Assembly: GCA_018701055.1 (NCBI GenBank)
Contig: JABIUH010000437.1
Location: 1 to 38,201, forward strand
From: Woeseia sp.
Lineage (GTDB): Bacteria; Pseudomonadota; Gammaproteobacteria; Steroidobacterales; Woeseiaceae
Reading direction: 5' to 3'
Length of the DNA stretch: 38,201 bases
Shown here: in pieces, positions 1-10,074 of the stretch
Layout: each line of letters begins with the position of its first letter
How positions within the stretch are numbered: the first letter of the stretch is position 1
The notes under the pieces: generated by a model
Databases searched by the model: none
What the model was told of the DNA's origin: nothing
Seen by the model: the letters and a program-made list of their open reading frames with translations, nothing else
Translations under genes and position numbers: made by a program

Positions 1-2
1 CA

Positions 3-1034
3 CTAGCCGCCCTCAATGCCAGTCAAAAAGTTAAGCGTATTCTGCCCGATCCACTCAACAGAATAACCGCCCTCCAACACGACCAGCGTCGGTATGTCGA
101 GTGAAGCAATCGCCTCGCCCATGTCACGGAACTCATCCGTTTGAATATCAAAATAGGTCGTCGGGTCGCCCGCGAATGTATCCAGACCTAGCGCGACAAC
201 CAACACATCCGGTGTAAAACCTCGCAGCTGAAGCAGCGCGTCCTCCAAAGCGACTTTGTAACTGCCCCAATCGGTTCCAAATGGTAATGGATAATTAACA
301 TTAAACCCATGACCGATACCCTCACCCGGTTCATCGGCATACCCTAGAAAAAAAGGATACTCAACGGACGGGTCCGCGTGAAGCGAAATAGTTAGCACGT
401 CATTACGTGAGTAAAAGATGCTCTGCGTTCCATTGCCATGGTGATAGTCGACGTCAAGGATGGCGACCCTCCGTGCTCCGCCATCAAGAAAAGACTGGGC
501 CGCTAAAGCGTTATTATTGAGGTAGCAATAACCACCACAGTAGTTTTGTGTCGCATGATGCCCGGGCGGGCGGCACGCAGCGAACGCCATTCGATCATTG
601 CCTTTAACCAACTCCGCGCCAGTCAACGCGACATTCGCAGAGGTTCGAATCGCCTGCCAACTGCCGGCGACGAAGGGTGATGTTGCGTCGAAGGAGTACC
701 GACCTAGTTTTCCAATCACACACTCGGTGTCGGCATAACGCATTCCGTTTCCAACAAAAGTATCCGGACGTGCGTTACCGCCAGTCTCATCGGACTGCTC
801 CCACTGCGTCCATATGTTCTTCAAAAAGTCGACATAGTCGGGAGTGTGAATCCTGAGTATCTTCTCGTCAGCGAAACTCTCTGGCACGACGAATTCCCCG
901 AAACTCTGATCACGTAACGTACTGGCGACGTTGTTCGCTCGCGCCGGGCATTCAGAACTTGGGGCCCAACTGTCGCCGCGAGACGCTAGCAAACCATCGT
1001 GCATATTGTGGTCTTCGGAATATACGATCTTCAC
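3..1034 (-). CDS. Histone deacetylase / AcuC / acetylpolyamine amidohydrolase family zinc hydrolase (343 aa, complete)
   Basis: Translation carries deacetylase-superfamily motifs RPPGHHA, DVDYHHGNGTQ and LEGGY. Stop codon at 3-5. Only a 29-bp gap to the upstream same-strand gene. Confidence 0.85.
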   Translation of the reverse strand: MKIVYSEDHNMHDGLLASRGDSWAPSSECPARANNVASTLRDQSFGEFVVPESFADEKILRIHTPDYVDFLKNIWTQWEQSDETGGNARPDTFVGNGMRYADTECVIGKLGRYSFDATSPFVAGSWQAIRTSANVALTGAELVKGNDRMAFAACRPPGHHATQNYCGGYCYLNNNALAAQSFLDGGARRVAILDVDYHHGNGTQSIFYSRNDVLTISLHADPSVEYPFFLGYADEPGEGIGHGFNVNYPLPFGTDWGSYKVALEDALLQLRGFTPDVLVVALGLDTFAGDPTTYFDIQTDEFRDMGEAIASLDIPTLVVLEGGYSVEWIGQNTLNFLTGIEGG

Positions 1035-1063
1035 ATCAATTCTCTGTTCGGCTCATTGTTCAA

Positions 1064-1876
1064 CTAACTGTCCGGCAATTGGTCTGCCCGCCAGGCCAGT
1101 GCCGCCTTGGCACCCTCTGCGTCAAGGATACGATTGAACTCCGCGGATTCTGGTGTCTCCGTTGTTTCGATTTCGATATCAATCTCGAGCGCATTCTCCA
1201 GTGCCCGATTGAGACCAGCAATATTCAACGAGTTCAGCAAAGCCTTCTTGGTGAGTTGTACAGCCAGCGGGTCATTAAGGGAAATTTCGCCGGCGAGCGC
1301 GAACGCCTGTGGCAACAACTCATCCTCAGCAACGACGCGATTAATCAGGCCGATTGCTTGTGCACGTTCGGCGTCGATTTTATCGCTCCCTACCAAAAGC
1401 ATCTCCCGCGCATTTTTTTGGCCGATAATCCAAGGGAGTATCATACAAACTATGCCGCTCCCGAAACGGACCTCAGGCGCACCGAAGCGACAACCTTCTG
1501 CGGCGATGGTTATATCGCAGACTGCGGATACTTCCATCGCGCTACCGAGACAATACCCGTGTACGGCTGCGACTATTGGTTTCGGAAAATTTAGAAACTT
1601 GGTAATGACCGCGAAATTGCGACGCATTTCGCGAGCGACAAAATCATCGTCTGACTCCCCGTTTTGCGCATCGCCCATGTCGAGATCGAAGCCTGCAGAA
1701 AACGCTCTACCTTCGCCGCTAAGAACAAGCGCCCGAACATCAGCATCCTTTGCCGCAGTCTCGAGATGCTCCTCAAGCATATCCAACATTTGAGCATTAA
1801 CAGCATTCAGTTTGTCTGGTCGATTCAACCGCAGATGCCCAACAGCACCACGTTTTTCGTACAGAACCGAACTCAT
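1064..1876 (-). CDS. Enoyl-CoA hydratase/isomerase (crotonase) family protein
   Basis: The N-terminus (RLNRPDKLNAVN), the GEGRAFSAGFDL oxyanion-hole segment and the 270-aa length are typical of crotonases. Confidence 0.9.
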   Translation of the reverse strand: MSSVLYEKRGAVGHLRLNRPDKLNAVNAQMLDMLEEHLETAAKDADVRALVLSGEGRAFSAGFDLDMGDAQNGESDDDFVAREMRRNFAVITKFLNFPKPIVAAVHGYCLGSAMEVSAVCDITIAAEGCRFGAPEVRFGSGIVCMILPWIIGQKNAREMLLVGSDKIDAERAQAIGLINRVVAEDELLPQAFALAGEISLNDPLAVQLTKKALLNSLNIAGLNRALENALEIDIEIETTETPESAEFNRILDAEGAKAALAWRADQLPDS

Positions 1877-1922
1877 CGGAGCAGACCTACTCGAGCGGAC
1901 AGTGTTTGTCGGACCAAGTCCA

Positions 1923-2173
1923 TCAGTACAATCGTAACCACGCTGATTTACTCTGCGTGTAGCTCAACAAGCTATCAATACATTTATCTCGAGCGTTGCC
2001 CGATTGCTTATGCCCACCGAAGGGCTGCGTCATGTCACCCTCATCAAAACTATTCACCCAAATAACACCCGCTTCGATTTCCTTGATCAATCGATGTGCC
2101 CTATTGAGATCGCTGCTCCAGACGCCTGCCGCCAACCCTGCAGCGTATTTTTTGAAAGTGCTTCAATACTCAT
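1923..2173 (-). pseudogene. C-terminal remnant (about 80 codons) of an NAD(P)-dependent aldehyde dehydrogenase, with a frameshift
   Basis: ORF 1923-2135 reads LAAGVWSSDLNRAHRLIKEIEAGVIWVNSF...PFGGHKQSGNARD, the conserved ALDH C-terminal region. The upstream piece MSIEALSKNTLQG (from 2173) lies in another frame, so one base is missing near 2136-2140. About 400 N-terminal codons are absent. The remnant abuts the stop codon of the upstream gene at 2179. Confidence 0.7.
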
Positions 2174-2178
2174 TTCAT

Positions 2179-4275
2179 TTATTCTCTTAAGCCACTTACG
2201 ACCAGCGCATCAACAGCAATGCATTCATGCTCACTAACAATAACAGGGTTTACATCGACCTCTCGAAGATCCTTGCCAAGCGCGTCGATCATTACTGAAA
2301 ACTTCGCCGCTGCGCGGCAAAATTCATCGATCGCAGCAGGATTGGCGCCGCGAACACCCTCTAAAATCGGCCTAAGTTTTAACTCGCTAAGACGACGATT
2401 CGCATAGGCTGCGTCGAACGGAGGAAGCGCGAAAACGACATCCTTAAGAACCTCAGCCAGTATTCCGCCAAACCCGAGAATAACGACAGGGCCAAATTGC
2501 GGATCCAGGCGTGAACCCAAAATCATCTCAATACCCGGTGGGGCCATTGCCGCAATGACGACATCTGGACCAAGACGCTTGTCCAGATCCTGGTATGCCG
2601 CGATCAATGACTCACTATCAGCGATGTTCAATACGACGCCTGCGTGTTCGGATTTATGTGCGATGTCCGCCATGGCGGTTTTTATCACGACAGGAAACCC
2701 AAGGTCTTTTGCACAGGCCTGTAATGCGTCACTTGAATCAGCGAGCCGAGAATCACTTGCAGGGACACCGAAGTCGCGCAGCATTTGCAGCGATTGTGCT
2801 TCGCCCAATTGATCTTGTTCCAAAAGCAACTGTCGCCATTTCTTGATAACTTTCGAGGAGATCGACGGTAAGTCCATCGGCGGCAATGATTTGAAATCGC
2901 GGTAATCCATCAGACCGCGAACGCCTTTCAAAAATGGCTTCACACCATCCAAAACGGGCAAACCCCGATGGGAAGTATCAACAACCAAAGGGTCCAGCCC
3001 AGTACCCTGGCGCGCAGCAACCAGTGCCGCCGGCTTTCCAGATTCCGCATGCGCGCAATCAATGTAGTCGACGTAGGACTCGTAAATTTTACCGTCTGGC
3101 GCACGGTCGTGAATAGCGGCACCCATCGCCGCACCAACATCACGCATCATAATCGTCAGGCAGTCGATCATTTGTTGTGTTGCGCCTTCACCGCCGCGAC
3201 TCCACGCGTCCAGCGGATTGACCGCCGGCAACTCCGGGTCGAGCACGCCTTTAAGTGCGGCAACAGATTCGTCCGTCAGTTCGGTAAGTGGCACACCGGC
3301 ATCATCGGCTAGGTCAACAATGAGTTGCCGCTCACCACCTGAATCGTGCAGCGTTACCAAACCACCCGGGCCCAGCGGCGTCAATTCCGAAAAAAGAATG
3401 AGTGCAGTCGCAAACTCATCCATGTCATCCACACGATAGACGCCGTAACGATCAAACAACGCTGCGTACGCGGCGTCATCTCCGGCGATCGCGCCTGAAT
3501 GCGACACGGCGAGTTCTGCCGACTTCGCTGTACGCCCAACTTTTATGGCGACAATCGGGATTTGCTTATCGGCGGCCTTTTGCAAAGCCGCCCGAAAACC
3601 AGCTGGATTTCTCGCCGTTTCAATAAATAGACCAACCGTCTTCGTCTCGGGCAACTCCAACGCAAAATCGAGGTATTGATCCATCGTGACCGACAATTCA
3701 TTGCCCGTCGAGACGACCAAATTTGTTCGCATGCGCTCTTCGCAATCGACAATGCCAGACATGCCCGACCCGGAGTGACTAATGAGGCTGACGCCGCCGG
3801 GCTCGTGATGCGCGCGACTGTCGAATCCGCACGCCCAAGTGTGATCTCTAAAATTGTAAAAACCCATGCCATTCGCGCCACACACCAGCATGTCGGCTGC
3901 CAGGATTTTTTGCTGAACGCGCGCCTTCAAAAACGGTGCTTTGTCATCGTCTATACAAAGTGACGACATGATGACCGCGGCGGGCACACCCAATGCAATC
4001 GCTTCATCGAGAGCGGCCTCAATGCGCTGATCACCAACCGCGAAAATGACCATCTCGGGAATCGCGGGGAGTGCCTGCAAACTCTGGTAGCAAGAAATGC
4101 CCTGGAGCTCTTCATACCTGGGGTTGATCGGGTAGATCGTGCCTCGAAAACCGCCACGCAGGAGATTTTTGAGCGACCACTCGCCCATCGAATCTTCTCG
4201 CGCCGAGGCGCCCAATACGGCGACCGATCGGGGCCTCAGCAGGCTATCGAGTTTGTGCGTCACGCCCCACCTCAA
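2179..4275 (-). CDS. ADP/NDP-forming acyl-CoA synthetase (acetate--CoA ligase family, fused alpha-beta, CoA-binding plus ATP-grasp domains)
   Basis: N-terminal CoA-binding domain (SVAVLGASAREDSMG...IYPINPRY). Succinyl-CoA-synthetase-like middle region. C-terminal ATP-grasp (GFPVVIKTAM...HKSEHAGVVLNI). Length 698 aa. The ORF-track start is TTG at 4275. A GTG at 4263, preceded by GAGGTGG, is an alternative start. Confidence 0.8.
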   Translation of the reverse strand: MRWGVTHKLDSLLRPRSVAVLGASAREDSMGEWSLKNLLRGGFRGTIYPINPRYEELQGISCYQSLQALPAIPEMVIFAVGDQRIEAALDEAIALGVPAAVIMSSLCIDDDKAPFLKARVQQKILAADMLVCGANGMGFYNFRDHTWACGFDSRAHHEPGGVSLISHSGSGMSGIVDCEERMRTNLVVSTGNELSVTMDQYLDFALELPETKTVGLFIETARNPAGFRAALQKAADKQIPIVAIKVGRTAKSAELAVSHSGAIAGDDAAYAALFDRYGVYRVDDMDEFATALILFSELTPLGPGGLVTLHDSGGERQLIVDLADDAGVPLTELTDESVAALKGVLDPELPAVNPLDAWSRGGEGATQQMIDCLTIMMRDVGAAMGAAIHDRAPDGKIYESYVDYIDCAHAESGKPAALVAARQGTGLDPLVVDTSHRGLPVLDGVKPFLKGVRGLMDYRDFKSLPPMDLPSISSKVIKKWRQLLLEQDQLGEAQSLQMLRDFGVPASDSRLADSSDALQACAKDLGFPVVIKTAMADIAHKSEHAGVVLNIADSESLIAAYQDLDKRLGPDVVIAAMAPPGIEMILGSRLDPQFGPVVILGFGGILAEVLKDVVFALPPFDAAYANRRLSELKLRPILEGVRGANPAAIDEFCRAAAKFSVMIDALGKDLREVDVNPVIVSEHECIAVDALVVSGLRE

Positions 4276-4296
4276 ATCTGGGTCGTACTGATATTT

Positions 4297-5490
4297 TTAG
4301 AACGGGCCGGGTGGTGTCGCACGTTTGCGAGGGGGGTCCCAAAATGGCTTATCGACGACAGTCGCCTCGGCCATCATCTTTGACCAATGCATTTCACGTT
4401 GATAATAGATCTCAACATAGAGTTTCTCACCAACTTTTCCATGCGGTGAACGCACAGTCCCCAGCGCTACATTCTGTTTGCACACGGGAGACCAAGCTGC
4501 GGACGTAATAAACCCAACATCTTTTTTACCCTTGGACGTCGAATAGATGTACGAGTGATGGGCTGGCTTGTTGCCTTCAATGTCGAGCTTCACAAGTTGC
4601 CACGTCGAGCCGTTGCGCTTTTCGCGCGCGAGCGCGCGACGGCCATTGAAATTTGGTTTCTTGAAGTCGACCAACCAATCCAGTCCTAACTCGAATGGAG
4701 ATCGAGATCGTCCGGTGCGCACAGTCACGTTTGCAGGCAGGAAGTCGACGTAGGCAGCAATGAAGCCCGCCTCGATTCTCGCTTGCTCCAGCGCCTCGGT
4801 GCCCATGGCCATGATGCCGTAGATTTTTCCGGCATCGAACATCGCATCCCAAAGATCCAACGCCTTGTCATTAGACAGCCATACCTCGTACCCCAGATCA
4901 CCTGTAAACCCTGTCCGGGAAATCATGATCTCGGTGTCTTGAAACGCATAGGTCGCCATCCCGAAAGGTCGCAGGGTCTCGATACCTTCAATGCCCATCG
5001 CCTTTAGAATGCTGCAGGACGTAGGTCCTTGCAGCGCCAGCCCACAGACCTCTTCCGTTTCATCGACAATTGTGACATCCATGCCAATCGCGGACATCTG
5101 TAACCAGGCCATATGCCGCTCCTGAGAACAAAGACGATACTCACCCTGCTTTAGATGAAAGATGGTGCCATCGTCGATAACCTGACCTTCGTCATCACAC
5201 CAAACAGCGTAAGCGACGCGTCCTGGCTTGATCTTGCTCATGTCGCGCGTGACCAGTCGATTGATATAGACAAGCGCATCCGGACCCGTGATTCGATATT
5301 TCGTCATCGGCGTCAGATCAAAAACACCCGCACTATTGCGCACCGAGAAATACTCGAGCGTCGTATCGTAAAACCCTTCTGCACTCGCATAACCTTTCCA
5401 ATCATGCCATTGGAAAAGTCGATCAAGATCCGCCTGACGCGGATAAAAAGGTGACCGCAACCGTCCCTGAGGAACTTCCTGAATGGTCAT
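4297..5490 (-). CDS. GcvT-family aminomethyltransferase (folate-binding, glycine-cleavage T / DmdA-type fold)
   Basis: GVFDLTPMTKYRITGPDA, ISRTGFTGDLGYEVW and the length of 397 aa fit the GcvT family. The start overlaps the upstream stop (ATGA at 5487-5490). Confidence 0.8.
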   Translation of the reverse strand: MTIQEVPQGRLRSPFYPRQADLDRLFQWHDWKGYASAEGFYDTTLEYFSVRNSAGVFDLTPMTKYRITGPDALVYINRLVTRDMSKIKPGRVAYAVWCDDEGQVIDDGTIFHLKQGEYRLCSQERHMAWLQMSAIGMDVTIVDETEEVCGLALQGPTSCSILKAMGIEGIETLRPFGMATYAFQDTEIMISRTGFTGDLGYEVWLSNDKALDLWDAMFDAGKIYGIMAMGTEALEQARIEAGFIAAYVDFLPANVTVRTGRSRSPFELGLDWLVDFKKPNFNGRRALAREKRNGSTWQLVKLDIEGNKPAHHSYIYSTSKGKKDVGFITSAAWSPVCKQNVALGTVRSPHGKVGEKLYVEIYYQREMHWSKMMAEATVVDKPFWDPPRKRATPPGPF

Positions 5491-7034
5491 AGTGAGTATC
5501 CCGATTTGAGAATTTCCCGCGCAGCATTACGACCCGCCGCGCCGCTAACCCCACCGCCCGGATGCGCTCCAGCGCCACATAGATACAAGCCGTCAAGTGG
5601 CATGGCATATTGCGCCGCGCCTCCGACAGGTCGGGTGAACAGGAATTGATCCATGGTCAGCTCTCCATGATGCCAATGACCGCCATGAATATGGAATTGC
5701 TCTTCGATGTCAGCCGGTGTTAACAATTCTGACGCGGTGATGCGATCGGCTAAATCCGGCATGTATTCCGCCATCGTTTCAATGGCCAGTTTTTCGAACG
5801 CACTGCGCGTCTTATTTGACCACCCTTCGCGCAACTCGAACGGCACATACTGAACAATTGCAGACATCACGTGTTTCCCGGTGGGCGCAAGGCTTGTGTC
5901 GCGGAAACTTGGAAAGCAAATTTCGAACACCGGTTTAACCGAAGTCTCGCCATACTTGGCATTGTTGAAAGCACGTTCAACATAGTGATCGTCAGGCGCG
6001 ATGACAAAGCGATCTGCATACTCGCGTTTTTCAACGCCCGGTATTGTTGGCAACCCGTCCAGCGCCAAATGTAGCTTCGCAGCGTTGCCTCGCATGCGTA
6101 AATGATGAATGCGGTGCGTAAATTCGGTTTCGACATTTCTTGCCTGAACCAAATCCATAATCGTTGACTTCGGATCTGCGTTTGAGACGACGAGCCAACT
6201 TGAAAATCGCTCGCCATCCTCTGTTTCAACGCCCGCCGCGCGACCGTTCTCAATAACGATGCGTTTCACTTTCATGTTGGTGCGAATCGTAGCGCCATTC
6301 TCTCGCGCAGAGTGCGCTAAAGCTTCGGCAACAGAACTCATGCCGCCTGTTGGTTGGCTGATCGCCCCGTCACCCCCCGCCAAGCGATAGAGATAGGTGA
6401 GTATCGTGTTGGGTGATCGCGGTCCCAAATGGGTACCCATCACTGCATCCAGGCTGATTGCACCACGTAACAAATCGCTGTCGAAGCGTTCCACGACTTC
6501 GTCACGCATGTTCATGCCGATAAGGCGCAGAAACTCCTGCATCTCAACTTTGCCTAAGCGCCGGATATCCAGGCCGAGTTGAGCGAGCGTAAACAGGTCC
6601 GATTTGCTGGCATCATTTGCCAATCGCGGCGGTGTTTTGTTTAGAAACTTTTTTAGAAGTTTCGCAAAACGTTTCATGCGCTTGCGAAAATCTCGAAATT
6701 GCACGACATCTTCATGGCCAACACCAGAAACTTCATCGCCGTTGAATCGCACATGATTGCCGTCGGCCGACAGCGCGATGGTTCCCATGTCGTTCGACAC
6801 CGTTTCGATATTCAGCGCGAGGTCTTTAACGACCTGCGGCTGTAACTGATAGAGCAAGTGAGCGACCGCTGAAACCGAATATCCCTCAGCAAATGAGCGG
6901 GTGACGGCTGCACCGCCAACCTGCGAGTTTGCTTCGAGTACCAAGACTTTTTTGCCTGCTTTCGCCAGCAGGGACGCGCAGACCAGACCATTGTGGCCGG
7001 CACCTACGACGATGGCATCGTATCTATCACTCAT
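5487..7034 (-). CDS. NAD(P)/FAD-dependent oxidoreductase, phytoene-desaturase (CrtI)/amine-oxidase-like, paralog B
   Basis: N-terminal dinucleotide fold DAIVVGAGHNGL...LEA and C-terminal GAGAHPGGGVSGAAGRNAAREIL. Alignable over its whole length with the gene at 7034-8650. Confidence 0.8.
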   Translation of the reverse strand: MSDRYDAIVVGAGHNGLVCASLLAKAGKKVLVLEANSQVGGAAVTRSFAEGYSVSAVAHLLYQLQPQVVKDLALNIETVSNDMGTIALSADGNHVRFNGDEVSGVGHEDVVQFRDFRKRMKRFAKLLKKFLNKTPPRLANDASKSDLFTLAQLGLDIRRLGKVEMQEFLRLIGMNMRDEVVERFDSDLLRGAISLDAVMGTHLGPRSPNTILTYLYRLAGGDGAISQPTGGMSSVAEALAHSARENGATIRTNMKVKRIVIENGRAAGVETEDGERFSSWLVVSNADPKSTIMDLVQARNVETEFTHRIHHLRMRGNAAKLHLALDGLPTIPGVEKREYADRFVIAPDDHYVERAFNNAKYGETSVKPVFEICFPSFRDTSLAPTGKHVMSAIVQYVPFELREGWSNKTRSAFEKLAIETMAEYMPDLADRITASELLTPADIEEQFHIHGGHWHHGELTMDQFLFTRPVGGAAQYAMPLDGLYLCGAGAHPGGGVSGAAGRNAAREILKSGYSL

Positions 7035-8650
7035 CAGTCGTCCCCAAAGTTAGCCGGCGTAATATCCGGACGTTTAAGATCAAATAGAATCTCCCGCGCA
7101 GCGTTGCAACCAGGTGCTGCCATCACCCCACCGCCAGGATGGTTACTGGACCCACACATATAGAGTCCGCCAACCGGGCCGCGGTACTGTGCATATCCCG
7201 GTATGGGTCGGTTAAACATCAATTGATCCATTGTTAGCTCGCCGTGGAAGATGTTGCCCTCGGTCAAGCCGGCTTCATTCTCAATTTCTTTCGGCGTTCT
7301 GACTTCGCAGTGCAAAATTAGATCCTTAAAGTCGGGACTGTATTCAGCAATTTGGTTAATCACGGTTTGACCGAATTGATCACGCTCTTCGTCCGTCCAA
7401 TCCCGGCCTTCAATTTGCGCCGGACAGTACTGCACAAAACAACTCATGAAGTGTTTGCCCGGGGGTGCCATTGTCGGATCACTAACCGTTGGGATGACCA
7501 TGTCAACGTAGGGGTCCTTCGACCAGGTCCCTTCTTTCCAGTCGTCGTATGCACGTTCCATACGCTCCATCGAATCAATGAAATGCATGTCTCCGTCTAG
7601 CAACGGGCTACCTTTTGGCAATGCCGGAAACGTGGGTAAACCGTCAAGCGCGATATTGAGCTTGCCGGACGAGCCACGAATCTTGAAATTGTTAACGCGG
7701 TTGTAAAAATCGTCATCGAGATCGCTTTTATCCATGCACTTTAAGAAGGTACGTTTTACGTCCATCGCCGAAACAACGATTTTCGCGTCGATCTCTTCAC
7801 CCGTCGTCAGCGCAACACCTTTGACCTTACCGTTCTTGACCACGATCTGCTCGACGCCAGCATCGGTTCGAAGCTCGCCGCCGTAAGCCTGAAATGCACT
7901 GCTAAGGGCTTTCGCGACCGATCCCATTCCGCCGCGTGCATAGCCCCAGGCGCCGATGTTGCCATCGACATCGCCCATATAGTGATGCAACAAGACGTAA
8001 GCCGTACCCGGCGAATGAATACCCAACGCGGTACCGATAATTCCACTGCCCGACAAGGCCGCTTTGATGACGTCAGTCTCAAAATATTCGTCAAGATATT
8101 CGGCGACACTCATCGTCCAAAAACGGATCGTGTCGTACATCTGTTGCTCGCCCATTCCATAAAATTTGGACCCTAGGTGGGCAAGTTCTTTTAAGTCACG
8201 CGGTTTGAAAGAGGTCGGATCAGGCGGTGTACGCAAAAGAAAATCGCGAATAAAGCGACATTGGCGCATCGTATCCGCTGAATACCGCTCGTAGGCGTCG
8301 GCGTCCGCTCTGGAGAAGCGCGAATACTCTCGATGATGTACTTCTTCATCGGGGTAACTACCAAGATAATCTCCGTTTTCCATGAATACGGAGCCACCGC
8401 CATACGGCGTGATTTGTAAGCCATGACGCGCCAAATCCAGGTCGCGAAAAATTTCCGGCCGCAGCAGGCTGCATACGTAGGAACAATTGGAGTAGTACCA
8501 ATCCTTATATAAGTTACGACTGACTGTCGCTCCACCAATATAGTCGTTCTTTTCCAGACACAAGACATCCAGCCCCGACTTCGCCAAATAAGCGGCATTC
8601 GTCAAGCCGTTGTGTCCCGCGCCAACCACTATGGCGTCATAAGTTTTCAT
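7034..8650 (-). CDS. NAD(P)/FAD-dependent oxidoreductase, phytoene-desaturase (CrtI)/amine-oxidase-like, paralog A
   Basis: DAIVVGAGHNGL...LEKNDYIGGA at the N-terminus and GSSNHPGGGVMAAPGCNAAREIL at the C-terminus. Its stop overlaps the next start (TGATG at 7032-7036). Confidence 0.8.
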   Translation of the reverse strand: MKTYDAIVVGAGHNGLTNAAYLAKSGLDVLCLEKNDYIGGATVSRNLYKDWYYSNCSYVCSLLRPEIFRDLDLARHGLQITPYGGGSVFMENGDYLGSYPDEEVHHREYSRFSRADADAYERYSADTMRQCRFIRDFLLRTPPDPTSFKPRDLKELAHLGSKFYGMGEQQMYDTIRFWTMSVAEYLDEYFETDVIKAALSGSGIIGTALGIHSPGTAYVLLHHYMGDVDGNIGAWGYARGGMGSVAKALSSAFQAYGGELRTDAGVEQIVVKNGKVKGVALTTGEEIDAKIVVSAMDVKRTFLKCMDKSDLDDDFYNRVNNFKIRGSSGKLNIALDGLPTFPALPKGSPLLDGDMHFIDSMERMERAYDDWKEGTWSKDPYVDMVIPTVSDPTMAPPGKHFMSCFVQYCPAQIEGRDWTDEERDQFGQTVINQIAEYSPDFKDLILHCEVRTPKEIENEAGLTEGNIFHGELTMDQLMFNRPIPGYAQYRGPVGGLYMCGSSNHPGGGVMAAPGCNAAREILFDLKRPDITPANFGDD

Positions 8651-8675
8651 CTCTGGTATTGCCCCTTAGTCTTGC

Positions 8676-10010
8676 CTACGCCGTTTTTATTGCGTGTCGG
8701 TCGGCAGGTGTTTTCTTCAGTGTAATTTTCACTGCTTGTTCAAATTTGTCCAGTGTTTCATTGAGGCATTCCACATCATGAGCCTCACATAAAAACCAGG
8801 GCTCGCGAGAGTCCGGCTCAACCAAAATTCCAAGCTCATGCAGCTCTGCCGCCAGTGCGTCATAAAATTCGTAATTCGTGTTGACCCATGCCCGATAGTC
8901 AACCGGCGCTTCATCGCTAAAAAACAGTCCCATCATTGATGGATGACCAACGAAATTATGTGGAATACCGTGTCCATTGAGAATACGACCCAAACCTTCC
9001 TGTAGCTGAAGACCGTATCGCTCGATCGAGGCTAAAGCATCCGTTTCGTCCAGAATTTCCAACGTTTTATTCGCCGCTGCCAATGATACAGAATGACCGG
9101 TAAAAGTACCGCCGTGAACGACTCCGTTTCCAACGTGGCGCATGATATCTTCCCGCCCGGCCACCACCGATATTGGATAACCGTTGCCGAGTGCCTTGGC
9201 GAAAGTACAAATATCCGCTCGCACACCGAGCAACTCCTGAACGCCACCCTTTGCGACTCGAAACCCCGTCTTAACCTCGTCAACGATTAATACGACGTCG
9301 TATTTATCGCACAGCAATCGCACGTCTTCGAGATAGGATTTTGTGGCCGTCAAACCGCAACAATTCCCCATAATAGGCTCGATCAGGAAAGCACCGATGT
9401 CGCCATGGTGCTTCTTGAGAACATCCTCTGCGACATTCGCGTCATTCAGAGGAACGGTATGGAACAACGGTTTGACGATTTTGGGCGTGCCTTCACAATA
9501 GGGCAGCACCTCTGGCGGGCCGTTTTTCGGATCCCAGTCTTCAACTTCGGTATACCAAAGTACTTCAGTGAACACGCCGTGATAGCCGCCCTCGACAATA
9601 ATGTGACCGTCCTTGCCCGTATGCGCACGTGCGATACGCAGCGCCGCCATGACGGCCTCTGTACCTGAATTTGAAAACCTGACTAACTCTGCCGCGGGGA
9701 CCATGCGACTAATGCGACTGGCGACTTCGTATTCAAGCTCTGTCCCCAGGGCAAATACACCGCCGACATCCATTCCCGCTCGTGCGGCGTCATCTACTCG
9801 CTGGTCTGCATAACCCAGAATGGCCGGACCGTATGCAAGTCGATAGTCGATGTACTCGTTATCATCGATATCCCAAATGCGACCACCTTTGCCACGTTTA
9901 ACGTAGATCGTTTTATCGTCGCCCCAATAACGAAAATTTGATGACACCCCCAACGGCAGTTTCTTAACGGCTTTTTGAAAATGGCTGTTGGATTTTTGGA
10001 GCGAGCGCAT
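8676..10010 (-). CDS. Class-III (GSA-aminomutase-like) PLP-dependent aminotransferase
   Basis: FSNSGTEAVMAALRIARAHTGK, IVDEVKTGFR (PLP lysine context) and YHG are present. I place the start at the ATG at 10008-10010 (MRSLQKS...), preceded by a G-rich SD-like tract. The longer ORF-track start at 10085 adds a non-conserved leader. Confidence 0.8.
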   Translation of the reverse strand: MRSLQKSNSHFQKAVKKLPLGVSSNFRYWGDDKTIYVKRGKGGRIWDIDDNEYIDYRLAYGPAILGYADQRVDDAARAGMDVGGVFALGTELEYEVASRISRMVPAAELVRFSNSGTEAVMAALRIARAHTGKDGHIIVEGGYHGVFTEVLWYTEVEDWDPKNGPPEVLPYCEGTPKIVKPLFHTVPLNDANVAEDVLKKHHGDIGAFLIEPIMGNCCGLTATKSYLEDVRLLCDKYDVVLIVDEVKTGFRVAKGGVQELLGVRADICTFAKALGNGYPISVVAGREDIMRHVGNGVVHGGTFTGHSVSLAAANKTLEILDETDALASIERYGLQLQEGLGRILNGHGIPHNFVGHPSMMGLFFSDEAPVDYRAWVNTNYEFYDALAAELHELGILVEPDSREPWFLCEAHDVECLNETLDKFEQAVKITLKKTPADRHAIKTA

Positions 10011-10074
10011 ATGGCCCCCAATTAACGGAAGAAGCGCGTAGCTTCTCACTATTTGCCGGAAACGTCTACATAAC

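Noticed and set aside
1107-1793. 228-codon plus-strand ORF
   Set aside because: It lies entirely antisense to the well-supported crotonase gene. Its Ser/Ala/Arg-rich, low-complexity translation is typical of shadow ORFs, and it has no recognisable motifs.
2179-4275. Pat-like protein lysine acetyltransferase paired with the HDAC-type deacetylase at 3-1034
   Set aside because: Pat proteins have an ACS(ADP-forming)-like domain plus a C-terminal GNAT domain. This 698-aa protein ends after the ATP-grasp region with no GNAT motif, so a metabolic acyl-CoA synthetase is the simpler reading.
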